From: a virus
Lineage: Duplodnaviria; Caudoviricetes
Direction: 5' to 3' (one strand)
DNA length: 37,117 nt
IMG/VR virus record: IMGVR_UViG_3300030606_000365
Span: 1-37,117 of that record
Positions 24,152 through 32,897 of this stretch are shown piece by piece; positions within the stretch are counted from its first letter, which is position 1, and each line of letters starts with the position of its first letter. The translations under genes and the position numbers were made by a program. The notes beneath the pieces were generated by a model that searched no databases, was not told the DNA's origin, and saw only the letters and a program-made list of their open reading frames with translations.

Positions 24152-27151
24152 ATGGGTAACGCGCGGGCAAGGCGCCGTCGGGTACTGCGGCGGGAGCTGG
24201 CGATCGGGGTGATGACGAGCCTGGTGGGGGCCGTGGGGTTCGCGTTCGCGTTCCTCCTCGCCGCGCCTGCCTACGGGCAGGGTACCGCGCGTGGGCGGGC
24301 CGCCGCGACGGCGCACGGCACAGTCGTGCCGCCGCCGGCCACGGGCACCTCGAGTGCCGCCGCGACGCCGACGGTCGATCGCGGCTCGGGCCCGCTGCGC
24401 TGCGAGACCGTGCCGAGGCGCTGGCGGGGCAAGGGCAAGGCCAAGGGCCGAACGTTGGCCGACGCGCATCGGCTCCAGCGCCAGGTGCTCGGGCACGCGC
24501 CGGGCCGCCAGCTTCACCAGGCGCTCCGAGCCCGTGCGGCCGAGCTCGCGCCGCTCTGCCGGGCCTCGCCTGCCGGCCGCTGCCAGCAGGCGCTCTTCGA
24601 CGCGGCGACACGAGCCGCCGTCGAGGCGATCGTCCAGGACCCGTCGTGCCTCGAGGCGACCCGCACGCTCTCCGGGCGCCTGATGCAGAACATCGTGGAC
24701 CCGCTGGACCCCGCCGACGCGCTGCCGCCGGAGTACATCCTCCAGGCCGACGACGGGGCCGAGTGGCACGTCTACGCCGAGGACGGCTCGCTCCCGCTCG
24801 GGCCGATCACGCTCGAGGACGTGGACGTGCTCGACAGCGACGTCTACGTCGGCCCGAAGGCCAAGCTGCGCGAGTCGTCTTCTGGTGGTGACGTCGTCGC
24901 GCCTTGGACGTCGTCGTTGCACCTGCTCGCGGACGCGACGCCGTGGTACGAGGGCATGTTCGACGTGCCGCGCCACGAGAGCCTGGGCGACTCGAAGGTG
25001 CTGCTCGTCCAGGTGGAGAACACCGACTCGCCCGTCACGCTCTCGGCTGCCACGGTGGACGCGCTGGCCGCGCGGATGGGCGACCACTACCGGACCGTGA
25101 GCTACGGGCTCTGGACGCCGACCGTCGAGCCGTTCCCGCGCGTGGTGCGGGTGGCGGCTGGCACGACCTGCTCGCCGCGTACGAGCTTCCAGCAGTTCCT
25201 CTCGCAGATCGACCCTGAGGTGGACTTCCGCGAGTACCGCTCTGTCCACATGCTCGGGTCCTACCCGTCCTGCGGGTGGTGCGGGATCGCGAACCTGGAC
25301 GCCTGGGGCACGCACGCGACGGACGACGGCACGGTCGCCATGGGCACTGCCATGACCCGCGAGTCGTGCGCGATCGACAACCGCAAGACCCCCGAGCACG
25401 AGTGGGGGCACAACATCGGCTGGATCCACGCGAACCGCTGGGGGCTGCCGGGACTCTTCTGGTTCCCGGTCGACGAGCCGTTCGTGGCTGGCTCGACAGA
25501 GTACGCCAACTACAAGAATTGGCAGGGCGCCTCGACGAGCGGCGGCCATCCCGGCCCGCTCATGAAGGGCTACCAGGGGTGGCTGCCCGGCGACGCGCGC
25601 ATGCGCTGGAATCCGCCGGCCGGCAACTACGACCTCGCCCCGGTGAGCTCGCCCGAGGGGCTCGTCTTCCTCGGCGTCCGCATCGGCGCGCACATCCCGT
25701 TCTATCTGGAGTTCCGGCAGCCGGGCGACGCGATCGAGCAGTATGCGCTGAGCAAGCAGCCGGCGACAACAGGGAATTGGGATGCGTGCGTGTTCCTGGG
25801 CCTCTCGATCGGCCGCGACTACCCGCACGAAGCCGACCGGACGCTCGCGAACGGCAACCGCTGCCTCCCCAAGGGACAGGTGGTTACGCACCCGAGCAGC
25901 GGCTTCTCGGTGCGCCTCAACGACATCACGATCGACCAGGCCAACCCGAACCGGAGCCGGGCGCACATCACGCTGCTCAATCCGGGCACACCGGACTTCA
26001 CCCTGCCGGTCACACGCTTCGTGGCGCCGGCGGCGACGACGACGCGGCTCACGGTCACCGGCGAGGTGACCTTCCGCGTGGAGCTCACTGACAACGCCGG
26101 GGTCGGCGCGTTCTTCACCATCCTCGACGTGGACGACCAGTTCACACGTCGACTCGGCCACACGCTCCTGCCGAACGCGCCGGTCAACGGCACCGGCACC
26201 GTCTCGTTCACCTGGGACAGCCGCACGGTGCCGAACGGCGAGACGCGCGTGTGGGTGCAGGGCGTGGACGGCGTGAACGTCTCCGGCTTCGGCACGCAGT
26301 ACCTCGTGCTGAACGTCCAGAACGGCGGTACCGGGGCGACCACGACCTCGACGATCCAGGGCGTCACGACCACGACGGTCAAGCCGCCCACGACCACCAC
26401 GCTGCCGGGCACGGTGCCGGTCGCCGTCCTCGCGGTGCCCGAGACTGTGGCGAGCGGCACGACGTTCCGGGCGGACCTCTGCGCCTCGGACCCGCGCGGG
26501 GGCGTGATCGACTGGTGGTACTTCACGGTCGACGACGCCCCCGACTCGACGGCGCGGAGCTCGGTGCTCTGCCGACGCGACAGCGTGACGACGAACGACC
26601 CGCGATGCGAGGGCGGCGGGGCCGACGGCCTCGAGCCGTGCCGCCTGCGGCTCTCCTACGAGGGCGCGGGCGACGTGGGGATCATGGCCTGGGTGCATAC
26701 GACCGAGGGGAAGTGGAGCGCCGCGGCCGCGGCGTCGGTGGCCGTGACCGGCGGTCCCACGACGTCGAGCCTGGTTTCCACGACCACCGTTTCCTCAACG
26801 TCGTCGCTCCCTTCGACCACCTCGAGCGTGGTCACGACGTCGAGCCTGGTTTCCACGAGCTCGGTGCCGACGAGCTCGACGCGGCCGCCGGTGACCACCA
26901 CGACGGTCCCGCCGCCGGTCTGCGGGCCCGAGGGTGCGGCGTGCCGGGCGCATTGGGAGTGTCGCGCTGGGGCCGCCGAATGCGCCGCGTGGCGCTGCCG
27001 AGCGGTCAAGGGGCGCCAGCCCCGCAAACAGTGCGAGCCGCCGACCTGGTGGGAGCGGTTCTCGGACTGGATGGACTGGCTCTTCGAGGCGTCGCCACCG
27101 GCGACCGAAGACGATGACGGCACCGCGGCGCCGGGAAGGGGTGTCCGATGA
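24152..27151 (+). CDS. Exported zinc metalloprotease (metzincin, M11 gametolysin-like) with Ig/PKD-like domains and Thr/Ser linkers
   Basis: Signal peptide ending APAYG; HEWGHNIGWIH = HExxHxxGxxH; VTGEVTFRVELTDNAGV...FTWDSRTVPNG Big-like domain; T/S-rich tracts. Confidence 0.8.
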   Translation: MGNARARRRRVLRRELAIGVMTSLVGAVGFAFAFLLAAPAYGQGTARGRAAATAHGTVVPPPATGTSSAAATPTVDRGSGPLRCETVPRRWRGKGKAKGRTLADAHRLQRQVLGHAPGRQLHQALRARAAELAPLCRASPAGRCQQALFDAATRAAVEAIVQDPSCLEATRTLSGRLMQNIVDPLDPADALPPEYILQADDGAEWHVYAEDGSLPLGPITLEDVDVLDSDVYVGPKAKLRESSSGGDVVAPWTSSLHLLADATPWYEGMFDVPRHESLGDSKVLLVQVENTDSPVTLSAATVDALAARMGDHYRTVSYGLWTPTVEPFPRVVRVAAGTTCSPRTSFQQFLSQIDPEVDFREYRSVHMLGSYPSCGWCGIANLDAWGTHATDDGTVAMGTAMTRESCAIDNRKTPEHEWGHNIGWIHANRWGLPGLFWFPVDEPFVAGSTEYANYKNWQGASTSGGHPGPLMKGYQGWLPGDARMRWNPPAGNYDLAPVSSPEGLVFLGVRIGAHIPFYLEFRQPGDAIEQYALSKQPATTGNWDACVFLGLSIGRDYPHEADRTLANGNRCLPKGQVVTHPSSGFSVRLNDITIDQANPNRSRAHITLLNPGTPDFTLPVTRFVAPAATTTRLTVTGEVTFRVELTDNAGVGAFFTILDVDDQFTRRLGHTLLPNAPVNGTGTVSFTWDSRTVPNGETRVWVQGVDGVNVSGFGTQYLVLNVQNGGTGATTTSTIQGVTTTTVKPPTTTTLPGTVPVAVLAVPETVASGTTFRADLCASDPRGGVIDWWYFTVDDAPDSTARSSVLCRRDSVTTNDPRCEGGGADGLEPCRLRLSYEGAGDVGIMAWVHTTEGKWSAAAAASVAVTGGPTTSSLVSTTTVSSTSSLPSTTSSVVTTSSLVSTSSVPTSSTRPPVTTTTVPPPVCGPEGAACRAHWECRAGAAECAAWRCRAVKGRQPRKQCEPPTWWERFSDWMDWLFEASPPATEDDDGTAAPGRGVR

Positions 27152-27216
27152 GGATAAGAGAGCACCGACTCGCCGCCCACGCCGTGGGCGGCCTGATGGG
27201 CCTGCCGTAAGCGCCG

Positions 27217-27381
27217 ATGCAGACCCTCCACGACTTCGTGCGGGCGATCGCGGAGGCGCTCGACGACTGGCTCGTCGGGCACGACGGCCCGCACGACCTC
27301 GGCCTGATCTACGCGGCCGAGTACCTCTCGCTCGCCTGCGGGCTCCTCGGGCTCATCCTGGGCCTCTGGATCGCACCATGA
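27217..27381 (+). CDS. Small membrane protein (54 aa)
   Basis: MQTLHDFVRAIAEALDDWL...YLSLACGLLGLILGLWIAP; ATGA-coupled to next ORF. Confidence 0.6.
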   Translation: MQTLHDFVRAIAEALDDWLVGHDGPHDLGLIYAAEYLSLACGLLGLILGLWIAP

Positions 27382-27548
27382 CGACGGACCGCCAGGGGTG
27401 GCAGTGTCCCGGCTGCGGTCGCGTCTGGTCACCGGACGTGCGGCAGTGCGACGTCTGCCTCACACCGCAGCCGCCGCTCGCGAAGAGTGAGGCGACCGGC
27501 TCCATGCTCGGCAAGCGCCGGCTCGTGGAGGGCGATGGCACGCTGTAA
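27378..27548 (+). CDS. Small Zn-ribbon protein (56 aa)
   Basis: GWQCPGCGRVWSPDVRQCDVC. Confidence 0.7.
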   Translation: MTTDRQGWQCPGCGRVWSPDVRQCDVCLTPQPPLAKSEATGSMLGKRRLVEGDGTL

Positions 27549-28065
27549 CGACACGCCGGGCGTGAAGCAGTCGGGCCCCGCGATCGCGGCGTTCCTGGCG
27601 CTCATGCCGGGCACGGCGGAGAACCGCGAGGACCATCTGCGCCACCTGCGCGCGTACGCGCGGCTCCTGGAAGACGAGGGCCAGTCGGCCGGGGCGCAGG
27701 CGCTCCGATGGCTGGTGCGGCACCTGCCGCGTGGGCTCGACTACCCGATGATGCGGCTCGACGAGGCCGGCGAGCTGCTGACGCTCGCCTTCGCCTTCGC
27801 GAACTGGCTGCGGGACCGGCGCCGGCCGGCCGACCGGGCCGCGACGTGGGCCATGCTCGGCACGCGGCTCTGCCTGCTCGAGGCGACCATCCGGGGCGAG
27901 CTCGTCGTGACGGACGTGCCCGACACCGAGCGGCTGATCCTGGCGCCGCCGCCGCCGCGGCCGGGCCCCGTCTGGCACGTCTACATGTGCGGCTGCCTCG
28001 GGCTCTCGGGCGATGGCTCGCTGGTCGAGGCGATGGCGCGGCACGGGGAGGGCCTGCTCCAGTGA
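27535..28065 (+). CDS. Hypothetical protein (176 aa)
   Basis: GGAGG RBS; good codon usage. Confidence 0.65.
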   Translation: MARCNDTPGVKQSGPAIAAFLALMPGTAENREDHLRHLRAYARLLEDEGQSAGAQALRWLVRHLPRGLDYPMMRLDEAGELLTLAFAFANWLRDRRRPADRAATWAMLGTRLCLLEATIRGELVVTDVPDTERLILAPPPPRPGPVWHVYMCGCLGLSGDGSLVEAMARHGEGLLQ

Positions 28066-28223
28066 CGATCCAGGAGCTCGAGCGGATCGTCGGCCGGTGG
28101 GCGACGCAGCATCAGCGGGCCCCGGATGCGCAGCTCACGGTGCGACTGCGCGACGGCGAGGTGACGCTCACCACGACCGACGAACGGGTCTACGAGCTCG
28201 TGGCGCCGGCGGAGGACGCATGA
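28062..28223 (+). CDS. Hypothetical protein (53 aa)
   Basis: GTGA and ATGA coupling. Confidence 0.6.
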   Translation: MTIQELERIVGRWATQHQRAPDAQLTVRLRDGEVTLTTTDERVYELVAPAEDA

Positions 28224-30103
28224 CGCCGGCGACGGATAGCTACATCGACTCGCTCGTCCGCGAGGTGCAGCGCCCGCACCTGCCGATGGACGTGCACCAG
28301 GACATCAATGCGCAGCTCGTGGCGCACTGGTTCTCGGGGATCCAGAAGGGCGAGTTCCTGTCCCCGGATGAGCTGGTGCAGTTCCAGCGCGATCTGCTCA
28401 CGATGGAGCAGCAGGAGCCGGGCTTCGCCAAGTCGTTCGTGCTCGAGCCGCGCGCCTTCAAGGCGGGGCGCTATCCGGAGGGCTACGAGCCGGAGCCGAT
28501 GAGCCGGCTGCGGGGCCGGCCGGGACATCGGGGCATCCTGTACGTCAACGAGCTCGGGCTCTTCCCCGGCGCCGGCGCGGAGCGGTGGGCAGAGAAGCCG
28601 GGCGAGAGCGCGCACGGCTTCCTGCGGGGCGTGGCCCGGCAGCTCGAGCCGATCCAGGCGATCGTCCGCACGCGCGTGCGCGAGATGATGCCGTTCCTGC
28701 GCCGCTACCGGGAGAACGACAACAACCCAGTCGGCTACACCTGGGAGCGCCGCGACGGCGAGAAGATGGCGCCGGGCGACTGGAAGGTCTGCGACAAGCT
28801 CGACCATGTGCTCGGCAACAGCGGGACGGCCTGCAACGCCTACGAGCGCCAGTGGATCCACCGACGCCGCTCCCTGCACGAGTGGGGGACCGCGCTCCTG
28901 GTGGACTCGCTCGAGATCGACCACGCGCCGGTCGAGTTCGAGCTCGACGGCAACGACGACATTGCGGGGTGGTACAACCTCGACGGCGTCACCACGAAGC
29001 TGGCGTTCGAGGATGGCTACGAGGGCGAGGACCGGATCATCGCGGTGCAGATCGCGCCCGATGACCGCCAGCCGCTCGTGGGCTTCGAGGCCGACGAGCT
29101 CGCGATCTTCCAGCGGAACACCCGCTCCGACGTGCACTACATGGGGTACACGCGCTCGGAGATGGAGGACTTCGTGCGGGCCGGCACGTCGTACCTCAAC
29201 ACGTTCACGTTCAACGCGAGCTCGGTGGACCGGAACAGCATTCCGCGCGGCTTCCTGACGCTCTACGGGCGCTTCGACAAGCGCCAGCTCCAGGTGTTCA
29301 AGACCGAGTGGCACTCCCTCCTGCGCGGTGCCTCGCGGCGCTGGCAGCTCCCGGTGCTCACGAGCGAGTCGAAGCAAGAGGGCGGCGCGATCTACACGCC
29401 GGTCGATACGCAGACCCACGAGATGCTCCAGACGAAGTGGCTCGTGTTCCTCGTGAGCCTCGGGTGCGCCTACTACGGCATGTCACCCGAGCAAATCCAC
29501 ATGGAGTCATTCTCCTCGCGCGCGTCGTCACTCTCGGGCAGCGACACGCAGGAGAAGCTCCAGAGCGGCCACGACACGGGCATGATTCCGATGATGGAGG
29601 CGCTCGCCAGCTTCCTGAACGAGCACCTGATCGCGCGGCTCACGCGGAAGTTCCGGCTCACCTGGGTCGGCCTCTACCCGCAGGACGAGGAGCGCAAGCA
29701 GGAACGCCAGAAGGCGGTGCTCACCGTGAACGAGCTGCGCTCGATCGACTCACACGAGGCGCACGCGGACGACCTGCTCGGCAACGCGCCGGTCAACTCG
29801 GCGCTCATGCAGGTCTACATGTTGAGCCTCCAGCAGCAGCAGATGGAGCAGCAGCCGGGCGCGGGGGCCGGCGGCGAGGACTACCTGCCGGGCTCCGAGA
29901 GCCCGCTGCCCTACGCGCGGGAGACCGATGGCGAGGGCGACAAGGGGGGTGCGAATGGGATGGGCCGCGGGAAGGCGGCGGGGCCGGGCATCGGTGGACA
30001 CGGGAATGGGCGAGGGAACGACGCTGCGCGGCCCGGCGCGGCGCCGTTCATGAAGAGCCGGGTCACCGTCGAGATCCGCGACGTGCCGACCGAGGAGTGG
30101 TGA
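28220..30103 (+). CDS. Phage portal protein
   Basis: AIVRTRVRE..., DSLEID, WYNLDGVT, YTRSEME, N-SIPRGFL, EMLQTKW, YGMSPEQI, LTVNELR portal-like segments; GGAGG RBS; downstream of terL. Confidence 0.85.
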   Translation: MTPATDSYIDSLVREVQRPHLPMDVHQDINAQLVAHWFSGIQKGEFLSPDELVQFQRDLLTMEQQEPGFAKSFVLEPRAFKAGRYPEGYEPEPMSRLRGRPGHRGILYVNELGLFPGAGAERWAEKPGESAHGFLRGVARQLEPIQAIVRTRVREMMPFLRRYRENDNNPVGYTWERRDGEKMAPGDWKVCDKLDHVLGNSGTACNAYERQWIHRRRSLHEWGTALLVDSLEIDHAPVEFELDGNDDIAGWYNLDGVTTKLAFEDGYEGEDRIIAVQIAPDDRQPLVGFEADELAIFQRNTRSDVHYMGYTRSEMEDFVRAGTSYLNTFTFNASSVDRNSIPRGFLTLYGRFDKRQLQVFKTEWHSLLRGASRRWQLPVLTSESKQEGGAIYTPVDTQTHEMLQTKWLVFLVSLGCAYYGMSPEQIHMESFSSRASSLSGSDTQEKLQSGHDTGMIPMMEALASFLNEHLIARLTRKFRLTWVGLYPQDEERKQERQKAVLTVNELRSIDSHEAHADDLLGNAPVNSALMQVYMLSLQQQQMEQQPGAGAGGEDYLPGSESPLPYARETDGEGDKGGANGMGRGKAAGPGIGGHGNGRGNDAARPGAAPFMKSRVTVEIRDVPTEEW

Positions 30104-30155
30104 TGGCGTCGTCGGACATCATGGCGCGCGACCTCGTGCCCCGTGCGGAGGTCCG

Positions 30156-30533
30156 GTGCTAGAGGCCGTCGAGCAGAGCAGCGCGCTCTACCGCGCGACC
30201 CTCACCGACGAGGACGGCGCGCATCCGGCGCTCGCTACGATCGCGTCGTGGGTGGTCTCGCTGAGCTATCCGGACGGCACGGCGATCAACGGGCTGGACC
30301 AGGAGCCCCTGGTGACGGCCGGCGCCATCGTGGACGCCACCCGGTTCACCTACGACGAAGTGACCGGCGTCTTCGAGTGGCGCATGGCGCCGGGCGACAA
30401 CGGGTTGGCGAATCAGACGCGGCGTCACGAGACGCACGAGCTGGTCTTCGAAGTGACCTACGGCCCAAGCGGCAGCCGGAGGTTCAATCACTGCACGGCG
30501 GTGGTCGTGCGCAACTGCCGCAAGATCACCTGA
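30156..30533 (+). CDS. Hypothetical beta-rich virion-associated protein (125 aa)
   Basis: GGAGG RBS before GTG; Ig/BppU-like strand pattern. Confidence 0.6.
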   Translation: MLEAVEQSSALYRATLTDEDGAHPALATIASWVVSLSYPDGTAINGLDQEPLVTAGAIVDATRFTYDEVTGVFEWRMAPGDNGLANQTRRHETHELVFEVTYGPSGSRRFNHCTAVVVRNCRKIT

Positions 30534-30549
30534 GAGGAGCGGGAGGGGT

Positions 30550-31095
30550 ATGAGGAGCGGAAATTCAAAGTGGTGGCTGGGGCTGCTCGTGGCCCTGTGC
30601 CTGAGCACGAACGTCTACGCGGCGGGCTGGTCGGAGCCGATCGAGGGCTCGCTGCTCGATTGGGTCTTCAAGCAGACGGCCTTCCCAGCGGCCACGGCCA
30701 CGCGGGGATTCAGCCTGCACTCGGCCGATCCAGGCGACACCTGTACGAACGAGCTGGCGGCGACGCTCGGCTACGGCCGCGCGCAGCTCGATGCCGACAT
30801 CAACAACAGCACGCACACCAACTACGAGGTGCAGGACGACGCGGGGACGACGTCGCGCATCAGCAACAAGCTCGACATCACCTTCCCGACCGCGTCGGGT
30901 GGCAACTGGAACGGCGGTTCCGCGCTCCAGTTCTACTGCGTGTCCGACTCGACGACGGTGGCCGCCGGTAACTGCCTCTTCTGTGGTGGCATCGCCGGCG
31001 GCGGCGTCGTGATCCTGGACGGGAACACGCTGCGGTTCACCGGCTCGACGACGCTCGGCTCGCCGCCGGGCCAGATGACCTTCACCGTAGACTGA
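30550..31095 (+). CDS. Tail-fibre-associated-like small phage protein with N-terminal signal peptide
   Basis: LHSADPGDT..NE....GYGR, ISNKLDITFPTAS..W, DSTT..GN.LF.G, I.DG..LRF pattern of a common phage structural family; preceded by MRSGNSKWWLGLLVALCLSTNVYA. Confidence 0.65.
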   Translation: MRSGNSKWWLGLLVALCLSTNVYAAGWSEPIEGSLLDWVFKQTAFPAATATRGFSLHSADPGDTCTNELAATLGYGRAQLDADINNSTHTNYEVQDDAGTTSRISNKLDITFPTASGGNWNGGSALQFYCVSDSTTVAAGNCLFCGGIAGGGVVILDGNTLRFTGSTTLGSPPGQMTFTVD

Positions 31096-31110
31096 GCGGA
31101 GGGCCCACCT

Positions 31111-31497
31111 GTGGCCCGATGGATCGAGGATACGTTCAACACGCCGAGTGCCCCCAGCGGGCATCCGGTGGCGGCGTCGAGCGACGGCACCAACATCATT
31201 CAGCACCACGCCGATCGTGGTTACGGCGGGGTGCCGGCGCAGGGGAAGGTGGCGGTCACCGACGCGGACCAGGCGTTGACGAATCCGACCGGGCAGGCGC
31301 TCGTCTGGCTCTACAACGCCGGGCCCGGCGTGGTCTACGTGAAGTCGGGCGCCGCGGTGGTCGTGGCCGACGACTGGCCGCTCTTCCCGAACCAGAAGGA
31401 AGCGTATCCCGTCGCGGAAGACACACTCCATGTGCGCTGTGACACTGGCGAGACGGCGAGCGTCCGGTACTGGATGTTCACGGTGGCAGGCGGATGA
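31111..31497 (+). CDS. Hypothetical virion-associated protein (128 aa)
   Basis: GGAGG RBS; LYNAGPGVVYV jelly-roll-like segment. Confidence 0.65.
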   Translation: MARWIEDTFNTPSAPSGHPVAASSDGTNIIQHHADRGYGGVPAQGKVAVTDADQALTNPTGQALVWLYNAGPGVVYVKSGAAVVVADDWPLFPNQKEAYPVAEDTLHVRCDTGETASVRYWMFTVAGG

Positions 31498-32897
31498 GGC
31501 GCCTCTTCCTCGCGTTGCTCCTGGTCGCCCGCACGGCGGCCGCCGTCAGTGGCCCCGCGCAGTCGCCGCTGCTCCTCGAGGACGACGTCGTCATCGGGGC
31601 GTGCCACGCGATCAACTATCAGGGCACACTCGCCAACTGCATCCTGCGGACCGATGGGATCTGCGAGTGCCAGAAGGCGAGCACGCTGCTCGAAAGCGGC
31701 GGCGGCCAGATCGGGCCCCCCGGCGACTTCTCGCCCGATGGCGTCTGGCTCGGCGGCAACCGCGTGCAGATGCCGAACGGCTCGACGCTCACGGCGGCCG
31801 ACTGCAACGACGCCCTTCACGTCGGGCGAGACTTCCAGTGGACTGCGGCCCCCTCGGGCGCGCAGCACTTCCGGTGCGAGGACCTAGGCGGCAGCGTCTA
31901 CGCCTGGGTATCGCAAGGCGCGCGCATCCGCCGGCTCGGCGGCACGGGCGCGGATGGCGCGTTGACGTGGGACGGCTCGACGGGGTGTAGCTGCTCGGGC
32001 TGCACGCCGGTCGGGGCGCTCTGCCGGCTCACGCCGAATAGCGTGCGCACGCGCGTCGCCGGGGAGACGGGCTTCACGTCGTGCGCCTACAACTTCTTGT
32101 CGGTCAACCTCTCGGGCACCGGCGCCCTCATCTGCGGCGACCCGCCGACCGCTGCCGCCGCTCCGGTCATGGGCCGGGCGCTGCTCCTGCGGGTACGGGA
32201 CGACGTGCTCATCGAAGACTCGGGGCAGATCGTGACCGCCGCCTACGGCATGGCCGCCGGCCTCGGGGGGGCCTCGGGAGGAACGGCTGCCAACCGGGCG
32301 GGCGGGAACGGTGCGAGCAACGCCTTCACCGCCTTGGCGCCCGGCGCGGCGGCGGGCGGGTCGCTCGACGCCGGCTCGGCCGGCACGTCGGTGAATGACA
32401 CCGGCCGACTCGAAGAGTGGGACTCGACGTTCCTGGGTCAGGGGAGCGGCGGCGGTGGCGGCGCGTCGGGAGGCTTCGTCGGAGCCGCGGCCTACAACGG
32501 GCTCGTCAACTCCGGCATCTTCGTCTCGACCCGGCCCTACGGCGGCACGGGCGGCGGCGGCGGCGAGGCGCAGACCGCTGCCGAGAACGGCTCGGCTGGC
32601 GGGAACGGCGGGCGCGGCGGCGCCGAAATCACCCTGGAGATCGGCGGCGACTTCACCTGCGTCGAGGACGGCAAGCTCGACGCCAGCGGGGCTGATGGGG
32701 CGAACGCCTCTGCCGAGATGGCTGGCGGCGCGGCTGGTGGCGGGGCGATCATCCGTCTCAAGTACGGGGGCGTGCTCACCGACTCCGAGTGCGAATACGA
32801 CGTGACCGGGGGCACCGGCGGCACCAGCGGGGCGAACGCCAGCGATGGCGGCGTCGGTGGGGACGGAGCGGTATGGAAGCGCCGCGAGCCGTCCTGA
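31494..32897 (+). CDS. Secreted Gly-rich fibre-like protein (467 aa)
   Basis: Signal peptide MRRLFLALLLVARTAAA; Cys-rich N-half; GGxGG-rich C-half. Confidence 0.75.
   Translation: MRRLFLALLLVARTAAAVSGPAQSPLLLEDDVVIGACHAINYQGTLANCILRTDGICECQKASTLLESGGGQIGPPGDFSPDGVWLGGNRVQMPNGSTLTAADCNDALHVGRDFQWTAAPSGAQHFRCEDLGGSVYAWVSQGARIRRLGGTGADGALTWDGSTGCSCSGCTPVGALCRLTPNSVRTRVAGETGFTSCAYNFLSVNLSGTGALICGDPPTAAAAPVMGRALLLRVRDDVLIEDSGQIVTAAYGMAAGLGGASGGTAANRAGGNGASNAFTALAPGAAAGGSLDAGSAGTSVNDTGRLEEWDSTFLGQGSGGGGGASGGFVGAAAYNGLVNSGIFVSTRPYGGTGGGGGEAQTAAENGSAGGNGGRGGAEITLEIGGDFTCVEDGKLDASGADGANASAEMAGGAAGGGAIIRLKYGGVLTDSECEYDVTGGTGGTSGANASDGGVGGDGAVWKRREPS

Noticed and set aside
24059-26698. 879-aa minus-strand ORF and similar long antisense ORFs (2522-3712, 6052-7119, 32945-34816)
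   Set aside because: Antisense shadows of strong genes in high-GC DNA, with no motifs or coupling signals.
26741-26910. Repeated ACGACGTCGAGCCTGGTTTCCACGA
   Set aside because: Local duplication encoding the Thr/Ser linker of the protease; not an independent element.
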